Assembly: GCA_963663955.1 (NCBI GenBank)
Contig: OY760694.1
Location: forward strand, 2,118,327 to 2,182,326
Direction of reading: 5' to 3'
Length of the DNA: 64,000 bases
From: Acidimicrobiia bacterium
Lineage (GTDB): Bacteria; Actinomycetota; Acidimicrobiia; Spongiisociales; Spongiisociaceae
Part shown: positions 56,339-64,000 of the stretch, piece after piece
Layout: each line of letters begins with the position of its first letter
Numbering within the stretch: position 1 is the stretch's first letter
Made by a program: the position numbers and the translations under genes
The notes under the pieces: model-generated
The model's database searches: none
Told to the model about the DNA's origin: nothing
Seen by the model: the letters and a program-made list of their open reading frames with translations, nothing else

Positions 56339-57149
56339 TCTGCTCACCGCTGCGGCTACCGCACTCGAAGCCCCCGAGCATCTGGTGGAGAGATCCGCCC
56401 AGGCGAGAGCCGAGGCCGACGGATCAACCTACGAGTCAGTGCTGGCGAGTTGGGCCGGAGGCGCCCCTTCCGCTCCCCCATCTCCGGCGGCCGCCCAACC
56501 CGAAGCGGCTAGCCCCTCCCCCGCAATCGCTCCCGAACCGGCTGCACAACCTGTGGCGCCCGCCCCCGTGTCTCCGGCCGCGATACCGGTTCCTTCCGCT
56601 CCGGTTGCGCCACAACCAGTAGTCGCCGCCCCGGAGCGCAGCAAGGCAACCCCTGTCCTCATAGGAAACCGCTTTCGCCCCGTACAGACTTGGATAATCC
56701 TGGCCGGACTCTTCCTGCTCAGCCTCGTAATAGGTGTGATCGGCCCGTTCAATGCCGGGGGGGACTTCCGTCATCTGGTTTCCGATGCGCCACTCAGCAG
56801 TCTTGGCGAAACGGGCCGATCGGTTTACCTCAACCAGGGCTGCGGGTATTGCCACACCCAGTTAGTCCGCCCGGTGCTGGCCGATGTGGGCCTCGGACCG
56901 GCCACCGAAACCTTCGCCGATTCGCTCCAAACGGCGACGTTCGGAGTCCAGCGAATCGGCCCCGACCTCTCCCATGTCGGAAGTAGGCCCTCCTACCAGG
57001 ATGACGAAAGCGAGGTGGCCGCCGCCGAGCTCCTCACCCTCCTGACCCACCCCGAGCAGATATTCCCGAACGGCATCCATCCCTCTTACGCCCACCTATC
57101 CCAGGGGGACTTGGAAGCTCTTGTAACCTACCTGGTGGAGTTGCGATGA
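56331..57149 (+). CDS. CcoO/FixO-like monohaem c-type cytochrome
   Basis: …YLNQGCGYCHTQLVRP… and …GPDLSHVGSR… match the FixO/CcoO family pattern (…GC..CHSQ.VRP…GPDLARVGgR). N-terminal conserved peptide + Pro/Ala-rich linker + TM helix. Confidence 0.6.
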   Translation: MSDLLTAAATALEAPEHLVERSAQARAEADGSTYESVLASWAGGAPSAPPSPAAAQPEAASPSPAIAPEPAAQPVAPAPVSPAAIPVPSAPVAPQPVVAAPERSKATPVLIGNRFRPVQTWIILAGLFLLSLVIGVIGPFNAGGDFRHLVSDAPLSSLGETGRSVYLNQGCGYCHTQLVRPVLADVGLGPATETFADSLQTATFGVQRIGPDLSHVGSRPSYQDDESEVAAAELLTLLTHPEQIFPNGIHPSYAHLSQGDLEALVTYLVELR

Positions 57150-58159
57150 AGGATCTGATTGCCGCGGCAGCCGCCCGGATGGGAAGCCCGGAGCACCTTG
57201 TCGAACGATCGGCGGAAGCCCGCGCCGAGGCCGACGGGCTGACCACCGAAGAAGTATTGACCGCATGGGCGGGCGGGACGTCTATTGGCGCCGCCGACCA
57301 GGGATCGGTGGATACTCCTTCTCCCCGAACGGAAACACCGCCCGCCGAGCCACAAGACCCGCCCCCCGAACCCGCAACCGTGCCTATTCCCGAACCGGCC
57401 GGGATCGGTGTAGCGGCTGTAACATCTGTGGGCCTCAGTCCGGAGCCTTCTCCCCCCGAACAGGTAAGTATTAGCGGGTCACTCGACTTCGAGGCCGTGA
57501 TAACGGGACGGACGGCGGGAATACGCGAACGGGTGGCAGCTTCGATACCTCGTTGGCTGACCTCCCTATTCTTTGCCGTACCGCTAGTGGGTCTCGTGTA
57601 TCTGATCACGTTCAGCGGCGGACCGACCTGCGGAACCGGGGGACAGTTGTCGGTGGACCGCCTCACCGGGGTGGTGGAAAACTGTGACGGCTCGGTATTC
57701 TCAGCCGGCGGGGGCGCGGGCGGGGTGGATGTCCGATCACTGGTCTCCGAAGGGCTCGCCGTATACAACGAACCATCGAGTTGCGCCTCCTGCCACGGCG
57801 CGGGCGGTGAAGGCGGATCCGGTCCGGCTTTAGTTGGTTCGCTAATCAATACGTTCGCCATGTGTACCGACCACATCGAGTGGGTCTCGCTAGGCACCAC
57901 CGGGTTCCAAGACGCCGGGAGGTCATCCTACGGGGACACCGGCACCGCGGTAGGAAGCGGAGGCCAGATGCCTTCATTCCAGGATACTTTGACCAGTGAG
58001 CAGATCGCCATGGTCGTCTTCTACGAGCGGGTGGTGCTCGGTGGCCAAGACATCGAGGAAGCCGTCTTCGACTGCGGGTTCGCCGAGCCGGAAGGCGAAG
58101 AAACAGGGGAAGATCCGGCCGGAGAAGCCGAAACCGTCGCCCTTACCCCTGTGGAGTAG
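57146..58159 (+). CDS. class I monohaem c-type cytochrome, membrane-anchored
   Basis: CASCHGAGGEGGSGPAL…GGQMPSF…SEQIAMVVFY; N-terminus paralogous to that of the preceding gene. Confidence 0.65.
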   Translation: MKDLIAAAAARMGSPEHLVERSAEARAEADGLTTEEVLTAWAGGTSIGAADQGSVDTPSPRTETPPAEPQDPPPEPATVPIPEPAGIGVAAVTSVGLSPEPSPPEQVSISGSLDFEAVITGRTAGIRERVAASIPRWLTSLFFAVPLVGLVYLITFSGGPTCGTGGQLSVDRLTGVVENCDGSVFSAGGGAGGVDVRSLVSEGLAVYNEPSSCASCHGAGGEGGSGPALVGSLINTFAMCTDHIEWVSLGTTGFQDAGRSSYGDTGTAVGSGGQMPSFQDTLTSEQIAMVVFYERVVLGGQDIEEAVFDCGFAEPEGEETGEDPAGEAETVALTPVE

Positions 58160-58289
58160 GAGGGGTGCTACAAAAGTCCGCTCAAAGGGGTTCGCGCTCT
58201 GTACACCCAGCGGCTACCAGGCAGTTTGCCGGACTGCGAACCCCGCTAGATATCTTTCAGTACCCTCCTAGGTGACCGATCCCACCATC

Positions 58290-58382
58290 ATGAGACCCGG
58301 AACGGCCGTCACACTCCTTGTCCTGCTTTCTGTCATAGGGATTGCCGGCATCGTATTCGTGATCCAACTGCTCGGAACTTAG
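58290..58382 (+). CDS. candidate 30-aa single-TM micro-protein (CcoQ/CcoS-like position downstream of the cytochrome cluster)
   Basis: ATG…MRPGTAVTLLVLLSVIGIAGIVFVIQLLGT*; below the ORF-track size cutoff; found by manual translation. Confidence 0.25.
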   Translation: MRPGTAVTLLVLLSVIGIAGIVFVIQLLGT

Positions 58383-58427
58383 GAGAAACTGCAATACCGG
58401 TAGCCAACATGGTTTAGTGACCAGTAA

Positions 58428-59240
58428 CTAACAACTAACAACTACGGATACTTCGAGATCGATCGAAAAGTGCTCGTCGGCCCGGCCTCCCCTGACAGCC
58501 AAAGCCATGAGCCCGGCCGAGTCCACATGCAGCAGGGGGCGTCCCTCCTCCACCTCCCCATAGCTTCCTACCCAAGGAACCCGGTACTTCATGAGTCCTA
58601 TCCGAACCGCCACCCGGCTACCGGGGGAAAGGCCTACCTCCTCCAGGTCTTCGGGCGAGATGTTGGTCTCGACGTTGCCATAGGTATCCACCCACCAAGC
58701 CTGGCCTTCCACCTGGTCATCGCTCACCTCCGAGAGGGGAAGCAGGAGCGGTTCGAGGGCGTGCGTATCCACTTGCGGGCCCAGTTCATCAATCTCTGCC
58801 TCACCTGACGCCAGAACGGCGGCAGCGGGAGCAAACCTATCCCGCCCCTCGAACGTACTACCTCTCGCCGGAAGCATGAAGTCAGGATTCTCGATCGAAA
58901 AGGCCCGTATAGCGCCGCCCACGAGCGCGACGGCAGGTGAAAGGAGCCCATTATCCGGCCCGATCATGTGCCCCCACGGTGTTTCCAGCGCGATGGCTCG
59001 GCGGGTAGTACCGACTCCGGGGTCTACCACCGCCAGCAGAACCCCCTGAGGCATGTACTGGATGCCCCGGAGCAACAGCAGAGCGCCGAATCTGACATTT
59101 CCCCTGGGTATTTGATGATTCAGGTCGATAACCCGGCAGGCCGGGGCCAGGGTGGCGATCACCCCGTGTACGACCCCGACAAACTCGTCGTCGGCGCCGA
59201 AGTCGGACAGGAAAGTGATCGGGTTGTTATGCGCTCTCAC
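58428..59240 (-). CDS. SAM hydroxide adenosyltransferase (DUF62 / fluorinase-chlorinase-like SAM hydrolase family)
   Basis: …ITFLSDFGADDEFVGVVHGVI… N-terminal signature of the family; 270 aa. Confidence 0.75.
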   Translation of the reverse strand: MRAHNNPITFLSDFGADDEFVGVVHGVIATLAPACRVIDLNHQIPRGNVRFGALLLLRGIQYMPQGVLLAVVDPGVGTTRRAIALETPWGHMIGPDNGLLSPAVALVGGAIRAFSIENPDFMLPARGSTFEGRDRFAPAAAVLASGEAEIDELGPQVDTHALEPLLLPLSEVSDDQVEGQAWWVDTYGNVETNISPEDLEEVGLSPGSRVAVRIGLMKYRVPWVGSYGEVEEGRPLLHVDSAGLMALAVRGGRADEHFSIDLEVSVVVSC

Positions 59241-59388
59241 GTAGCAAGGAGCCTAGACAGGAACCGAGGACCCGCCAACGAGCCCCCCGGATGCCCGACT
59301 CTTGACGCTGTAGGTTTCCGACAAGATAGGGCGCCGACTCAAGCGGGCTGTACCGTCCAGTACTGTCCGTTGCCCGAAGCCCGGCAAA

Positions 59389-59600
59389 ATAACCCCGATT
59401 ATTCATGGATGAGGGTTTGGGGGATGAGTGGAGTAGACCATATTCGCGCCCTGACCAGGCAATACGGCTATCGGCGTTTCCCGTCCCGGTCCAGTGTGGA
59501 AATTCACCTGTGGGGTGAACAATAGGTTTCTCCCAATACTCGGCTTGAACTGGCGATACATGCTTCGGTGGGTGGGAAACCTGAATAATCAGGGTTAAGG
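59389..59600 (-). repeat. full copy (g) of the MITE-like repeat, reverse orientation
   Basis: AACCCCGATTATTCATGG…CCTGAATAATCAGGGTTAAGG. Confidence 0.7.
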
Positions 59601-59641
59601 TAACCTGGGATTCACTCACCCGAGGTCGAAACTCGCCGACG

Positions 59642-60298
59642 ATGCAACCACCATCACTTCCAATAGCCGGTGTCCTGGCAAAGGGCTTAGGCGTTCTCCG
59701 TGCGGATCCCGGCCGTCTATTGGTCCGGGCCTCACTTCTCATGGCCATACCAGCCCTGGTTATCGGGGTGCGCCAGGCAACCGACAGCTACTGGCTGAAC
59801 ATGCTCCTATGGCTGTTTAGCCTCGTCCTGGGTGGATATGCCGCGTGGCCTCTGTCCCGCTCGGTGCTGGCCGCCGTATCGCCAGGACGGTCCGGACCAC
59901 CGCCCAGGGATGACTGGTGGGTTCGGGACGGGTTCGTGCGAGCCTCGGTGGCGTTCTACCTTACAGTCGCTGTGGGCATCGTGTTCCTGGTCGTACCAGG
60001 ATTCATGATTGCAATGATCTACGGTCTCTACCCGTTCCTTATCATCGAAAGACGCGCCCGCGGTTTCCACGCCCTGGCCCTGAGCTCCGACCTGACCAGA
60101 GGCAACCGGATCAGACTCCTGCGGCTCCAACTGGTGTGTCTACTGCTGTTCGTTCCGGCAGGAGCATGTCTGTACCTATGGAACTCCCACCCTCTAGGGG
60201 TGGTCGCCTTCTGGGCGGTGAGCACCCCGGCGATGGCCGCTACCTTCAGCGTTATGGCCGGCGCCTACCGGACACTCGCATACCCGACTAGAAGATGA
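59642..60298 (+). CDS. membrane protein of unknown function
   Basis: 218 aa with ~5 hydrophobic helices. Confidence 0.45.
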   Translation: MQPPSLPIAGVLAKGLGVLRADPGRLLVRASLLMAIPALVIGVRQATDSYWLNMLLWLFSLVLGGYAAWPLSRSVLAAVSPGRSGPPPRDDWWVRDGFVRASVAFYLTVAVGIVFLVVPGFMIAMIYGLYPFLIIERRARGFHALALSSDLTRGNRIRLLRLQLVCLLLFVPAGACLYLWNSHPLGVVAFWAVSTPAMAATFSVMAGAYRTLAYPTRR

Positions 60299-60299
60299 A

Positions 60300-60530
60300 C
60301 CGGGCCGAGTACCGGGGAAATGTATAACACAGCTAACTAACATATGATCCAAGTATCCATCATCCATAGATAAGTTAGTCTATTGACTCTAGTAAGCAGT
60401 CTGTACTACTGAAAACATTTCTAACTTTGCATTAAAGATGTGTACATTGAGACCATCCGGTTACGTCTATCGGCTGATTGGTACCTAATTTCTCCACCGC
60501 CCCCCTATTCGTTAGCTAGAGTTGGTCAAC
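60300..60530. promoter_or_regulatory. AT-rich (~35-40% GC) intergenic region upstream of the mannitol PTS operon; probable promoter/operator region
   Basis: Abrupt drop in GC relative to flanks; candidate -35-like hexamers TTGACT (~60392) and TTGCAT (~60428). Confidence 0.35.
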
Positions 60531-60557
60531 CATTCATCCACATTGCCAGGAGGTCGA

Positions 60558-61649
60558 ATGCTTGCACGTATTCAGAAGTTCGGTGGTTACATGGCGGGTA
60601 TGGTCATTCCCAATATCGGGGCAATTCTTGCCTGGGGACTGATTACCGCATTCTTCATTCCCACCGGATGGACACCTAACGAAAGTCTCTCCGAGCTGGT
60701 GGGCCCGATCATTGTCTACCTCCTGCCCGTATTAATCGGGTTTACGGGAGGCAAGATGGTGTACGGTCATCGTGGAGGGGTCATGGGCTCCATTGCCACG
60801 ATGGGCATCATTATCGGAGCGGACTTCGAATTGGCGAGCGGCGCGACAGGCGATCCTCCCCAGTTCCTCGGTGCGATGCTGGTCGGTCCGCTGGCCGCAT
60901 GGATCATCATGAAGATCGACGAAGCCTTCGAGGATCAAGTCCCGGTCGGTTTCGAAATGCTCTACAACAACTTCTCGGCCGGAATACTGGGTTTCGTCCT
61001 GGCTATTGTCGGTAAATGGCTCATCGGGCCGATTATGGCTGCGATAGCTACCTTCTTCGGGAACCTGGTCGAGTGGGTTACCGACGCCGGGCTACTGCCG
61101 CTCGCGGACATCCCCATAGAGGTTGGGAAGGTCCTGTTCCTGAACAACGCAATCAATCACGGTGTTCTGGGTCCGTTAGGGGTAGCTGACGCCGCGGAGA
61201 CCGGGCGTTCGATCTACTTTCTCCTTGAGACCAACCCCGGACCCGGCTTGGGATTGTTGCTGGCCTACTGGTTCGCCGGCAAGGGTCTAGCCAAGCTGTC
61301 AGCGCCAGGCGCCATCGTGATTCACTTCTTCGGCGGTATTCATGAGGTCTACTTCCCCTACATCCTCATGCACCCCATCATGATCCTGTCCGTATGGGCT
61401 GGGGGCATACTGGCCGATATCGTCTTCGTCATCTTCGATGCCGGACTGTCGGCGACACCTTCACCGGGTTCGATATTCGCCTACTTGGCTGTCACACCTC
61501 GAGGACAGCACTTCGGTGTCCTCTTAGGAGTGCTGGTAGCGGCGGTCGCCGCATTCGTAGTAGGTACCTTGCTACTGCGGATATCGCCGGTCAAGGAACA
61601 GGAGGGTACCGAGGACATGATCGGAACGATGCCCGCCATGCCCGCCTGA
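60558..61649 (+). CDS. mtlA: PTS mannitol-specific EIIC component (stand-alone IIC)
   Basis: Polytopic; …GIIIGADFELASGATG… and mannitol EIIC-like conservation; start taken at MLARIQKFGG. Confidence 0.8.
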   Translation: MLARIQKFGGYMAGMVIPNIGAILAWGLITAFFIPTGWTPNESLSELVGPIIVYLLPVLIGFTGGKMVYGHRGGVMGSIATMGIIIGADFELASGATGDPPQFLGAMLVGPLAAWIIMKIDEAFEDQVPVGFEMLYNNFSAGILGFVLAIVGKWLIGPIMAAIATFFGNLVEWVTDAGLLPLADIPIEVGKVLFLNNAINHGVLGPLGVADAAETGRSIYFLLETNPGPGLGLLLAYWFAGKGLAKLSAPGAIVIHFFGGIHEVYFPYILMHPIMILSVWAGGILADIVFVIFDAGLSATPSPGSIFAYLAVTPRGQHFGVLLGVLVAAVAAFVVGTLLLRISPVKEQEGTEDMIGTMPAMPA

Positions 61650-61668
61650 ACACTCGCACTATTCTCTA

Positions 61669-61706
61669 AAAGGAGAGCCTCTCAAATGGGAGGCTCTCCT
61701 TTTTTC
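61669..61706 (+). terminator. rho-independent terminator-like hairpin between the EIIC and EIIB genes
   Basis: AGGAGAGCCTCTCAAATGGGAGGCTCTCCTTTTTT: 11-bp perfect stem, 6-nt loop, followed by a T6 run. Confidence 0.7.
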
Positions 61707-61729
61707 CACTACTAGAAGGATCAAGCAAC

Positions 61730-62050
61730 ATGAGTTCAGTGAAAGCCGCAGAGGATGTCCGCTGGATCGTTCTGGCTTGCGAAGCCGGAATGGGTTCAAG
61801 CCTCATGACCACCAACTTTCTCAAGAAGAAGATCAAGAAGGCCAAACTCAATATCAAGGTCACCCACGCACCGGTCCACGACATACCACCCGCCGCCGAC
61901 GTGGTGGTCACCCACGCCGGTCTAGCAACTCGGGTCCAGCAGGTGGCGCCCGGCGCGGCGGTAATACCCTTCCGGACCTTTCTAAACGATCCGGCACTCG
62001 TCAAGCTGGTCAAAGACCTTGCCGCGGGCGCCGACATCGAGGGTATCTGA
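61730..62050 (+). CDS. PTS mannitol-specific EIIB component (stand-alone)
   Basis: …RWIVLACEAGMGSSLM… phospho-Cys motif of EIIB(Mtl). Confidence 0.75.
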   Translation: MSSVKAAEDVRWIVLACEAGMGSSLMTTNFLKKKIKKAKLNIKVTHAPVHDIPPAADVVVTHAGLATRVQQVAPGAAVIPFRTFLNDPALVKLVKDLAAGADIEGI

Positions 62051-62063
62051 GCAGGATTCTCCG

Positions 62064-62510
62064 ATGACTGACAAACAGGTAACCACAGTCGAAGCGATCA
62101 CGCTGGGTGAGCGTGGCCGTACCCAGGCCAAGGCGATCGAACGAGTATCAGGGATGCTGTTCAGCCGTGGAGCGGTTGAGGCCGGCTATGGGGAGTCGAT
62201 GCTAGCTCGGGAAGCCGTGATCTCCACCTATCTGGGCAACGGCGTAGCCCTTCCGCACTGCACCTATGAAGACAAGGGCATGATCAAACGGACCGCCCTG
62301 GTGTTGGCCCAGTATCCGGCCGGTATACCGTGGGGAGAGGAGGGAGACCTCGCCTACCTGGTATTCGGGCTCGCTGCGGTAGGCGAAGAGCACTTGGCGG
62401 TGATGTCGCATCTCGCCGACGTACTTGACGACGAGAGCCTCTGTGACCGGCTGGCAACCACGACCGATGAGGAATACGTTAGGGACGCCCTCTCCGCACC
62501 TGCCGAATGA
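62064..62510 (+). CDS. mtlF: PTS mannitol-specific EIIA component
   Basis: …YLGNGVALPHCTYEDKG… active-site His motif of EIIA(Mtl); start taken at MTDKQ. Confidence 0.7.
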   Translation: MTDKQVTTVEAITLGERGRTQAKAIERVSGMLFSRGAVEAGYGESMLAREAVISTYLGNGVALPHCTYEDKGMIKRTALVLAQYPAGIPWGEEGDLAYLVFGLAAVGEEHLAVMSHLADVLDDESLCDRLATTTDEEYVRDALSAPAE

Positions 62511-63628
62511 CTACCCCCGAAGTCGCGGTGTTCGGCGCCGGAAACATCGGTCGGGGCTTACTCGGCTGGTTGTTCGGGCGGGCCGGATGGAAGGTTGTCT
62601 TCGTAGATATCTCACCGGCGTTGGTAGACCGGTTGAACAGCGAAGGCTCGTATCGGGTGATCGAGGTGGGGAGTACCGGACGCACGACAAGCGTCGTCCG
62701 CAGCGTGAGCGCTGTCAACGCAGCCGACACCGAGAAAGCCGTAGCCGCTACCGCATCCACCGATCTGGTGTGTACCGCGGTAGGGGCGGGAGTCCTCCAT
62801 CTGGTAGCGCCTACCATCGCTGATGCTCTCTCACGAGCAGGCAACCGGATAGGCAATGTCCTGGCATGCGAGAACGCCAATCCCAACACGGCCCTACTGC
62901 GACGCCATATCGAGACCCGGACGGGTAACCTCACCGGGTCGGTGGGTTTTCCCGAGACTCTGGTCGACCGTGTGGTGCCCGGCGGTGCCGGTCAGCGTCT
63001 TTCGGTCGAAGTTGAACCTCGCTTCGAGTTCAAGATCGCCAGAGAGGAATGGATGGGTGACCATCCGGGAGTAGGTGGATTCGAGTTGGTAGACAACCTT
63101 CCCCTCCATCGGCTGAGAAAACTCTGGCTGGTGAACGGCTTGCATGCCGCCTCCGCTTTCCTGGGCCTTCAAGCGGGCCACGAGACGGTGGCCCAGTCGG
63201 TTGGTGATCCCTCCATCCGAGTTCGTCTGGAAGAGATCGCCGGAACGATGTCCGCAGTCCTGGCCACCGAGGTAGAGGAATGGACCACCGAGGAACTCCT
63301 GGAGTACGGGCACTCCAATCTGGATCGTTTCGCCGGCGCCGACCTGGTGGATCCCCTTCGCCGCGTGGCGCGGAACCCACTTCTCAAACTCGGTCCCGAC
63401 GAGCGGCTGGTGGGTCCGGCCCGCATGGCGGCCCGCCGCGGGCTCCCCGGCGAGGCCCTCCGCGACGCCATCGCAGCCGGGCTGGCAATGACCGATGACC
63501 GGATACCGGGCGTAGAAGAACTACGCGATGCCATCGCGTCCGGAGGCTGGCAATCCGTGGTAGGACTTGACGAGAACGAACCTCTGGCCGGGATGCTGCG
63601 AATGGTTATGGCGGGGACTGGATGTTAA
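62507..63628 (+). CDS. mtlD: mannitol-1-phosphate 5-dehydrogenase
   Basis: N-terminal VAVFGAGNIGRGLLG Rossmann motif; overlaps the EIIA stop; mtl operon context. Confidence 0.8.
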   Translation: MTTPEVAVFGAGNIGRGLLGWLFGRAGWKVVFVDISPALVDRLNSEGSYRVIEVGSTGRTTSVVRSVSAVNAADTEKAVAATASTDLVCTAVGAGVLHLVAPTIADALSRAGNRIGNVLACENANPNTALLRRHIETRTGNLTGSVGFPETLVDRVVPGGAGQRLSVEVEPRFEFKIAREEWMGDHPGVGGFELVDNLPLHRLRKLWLVNGLHAASAFLGLQAGHETVAQSVGDPSIRVRLEEIAGTMSAVLATEVEEWTTEELLEYGHSNLDRFAGADLVDPLRRVARNPLLKLGPDERLVGPARMAARRGLPGEALRDAIAAGLAMTDDRIPGVEELRDAIASGGWQSVVGLDENEPLAGMLRMVMAGTGC

Positions 63629-63756
63629 CTAGTTACTAGTTGCGTGACTCGTTGTTTCGCTTGCGTTTATACCGATAGCACGGTCTGATCGTTTCCGCTC
63701 GGATGCCCTTGGAACTACTCGTCTAGACTGCCAGGGACCCGTTAAGGAGTAGAGAA

Positions 63757-64000
63757 TGGCACGTATGAGCCACGAGCAGCTGCGCGATTCCATGATTTCT
63801 CGGCTAGACGCGGAAGCGGATCCGTCCAGACAAGCCGACCTAGTGTGCGCGAAGGGCTCGCTTGGGATTGTTGCCGATCGTAAACAAATCAAAAAAACCG
63901 TAAAACGGCTTAGGAAGGTTGATGGCTATCGGTACCTCGTCATCAATCGAGCAGACCTATTTGCGGCCAGTCCCGCCACCATCGGCACCAAGATCGGGAT
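63757..64000 (+). CDS. hypothetical protein (partial, continues beyond window end)
   Basis: ATG at 63757 preceded by AAGGAG RBS (63746-63751); open to the window end (MARMSHEQLRDSMISRLDAEADPSRQ…). Confidence 0.4.

Noticed and set aside
58187-58244. 9-bp inverted repeat GGGGTTCGC…GCGAACCCC downstream of the cytochrome c gene as a terminator
   Set aside because: The ~40-nt loop and lack of a T-run make an intrinsic terminator unlikely. It was not reported as a feature.
60300-60530. AT-rich tract as a tRNA or ncRNA gene
   Set aside because: No cloverleaf-compatible arms (acceptor stem or T-loop GTTCRANYC-like motif) were found on manual inspection. It is more consistent with a promoter/operator region.
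63629-63892. 87-aa minus-strand ORF after mtlD
   Set aside because: It overlaps a plus-strand ORF that has a good AAGGAG RBS (63757 onward). It has no RBS of its own and its composition is poor.

Overview
High-GC (roughly 63-66% by eye) bacterial chromosomal window, probably actinobacterial. Core genes: start of the nuo operon (nuoD'-C-B-A, minus strand), polysaccharide deacetylase, qor, a GT4 glycosyltransferase, a C45 peptidase, a potABC(D) polyamine ABC operon whose binding-protein gene carries two compensating frameshifts, queG, tpx, hppA, hsp20, uvrB, rex, a menaquinol-cytochrome c reductase-like operon (split cytochrome b, Rieske, dihaem cytochrome c), a CcoO/FixO-like cytochrome cluster, a SAM hydroxide adenosyltransferase and a split mannitol PTS operon with mtlD. 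On top of this sit accessory features: an IS1182-like IS (~1.8 kb) between nuoA and the downstream gene, an IS5/IS427-like IS inserted into a MITE copy, and a previously unnoticed ~210-bp MITE-like repeat family with 7 full or partial copies and conserved ~19-bp terminal inverted repeats. There are two diverged paralogous two-gene modules (ABC-type AAA ATPase plus a small Toprim-like protein with E...DGD motifs; OLD/Gabija/PARIS-like architecture). A lower-GC island at ~37.7-48.3 kb between rex and the cytochrome bc operon is the most interesting part. It carries a translationally coupled 4-gene operon (N6-adenine MTase, a GHKL-ATPase/histidine-kinase hybrid, a REC-domain protein, an MBL-fold hydrolase), a convergent GmrSD-like (DUF262/DUF1524) type IV restriction enzyme, a DUF433 protein, and a Thoeris-like set of genes (a very low-GC ThsB-like TIR gene, a tandem-TIR protein and a standalone SLOG/LOG-fold protein) with no recognisable SIR2/Macro effector. 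Also noted are a ~1000-aa type IIG-like RM candidate, an orphan dnaE2 C-terminal remnant, and a shared N-terminal peptide motif on three respiratory-chain subunits. No rRNA, CRISPR or clear tRNA was recognised. Positions of the start/stop overlaps, IS/MITE inverted repeats and potD frameshifts were read directly from the sequence; domain assignments come from reading motifs by eye (no searches were run) and are hedged accordingly.
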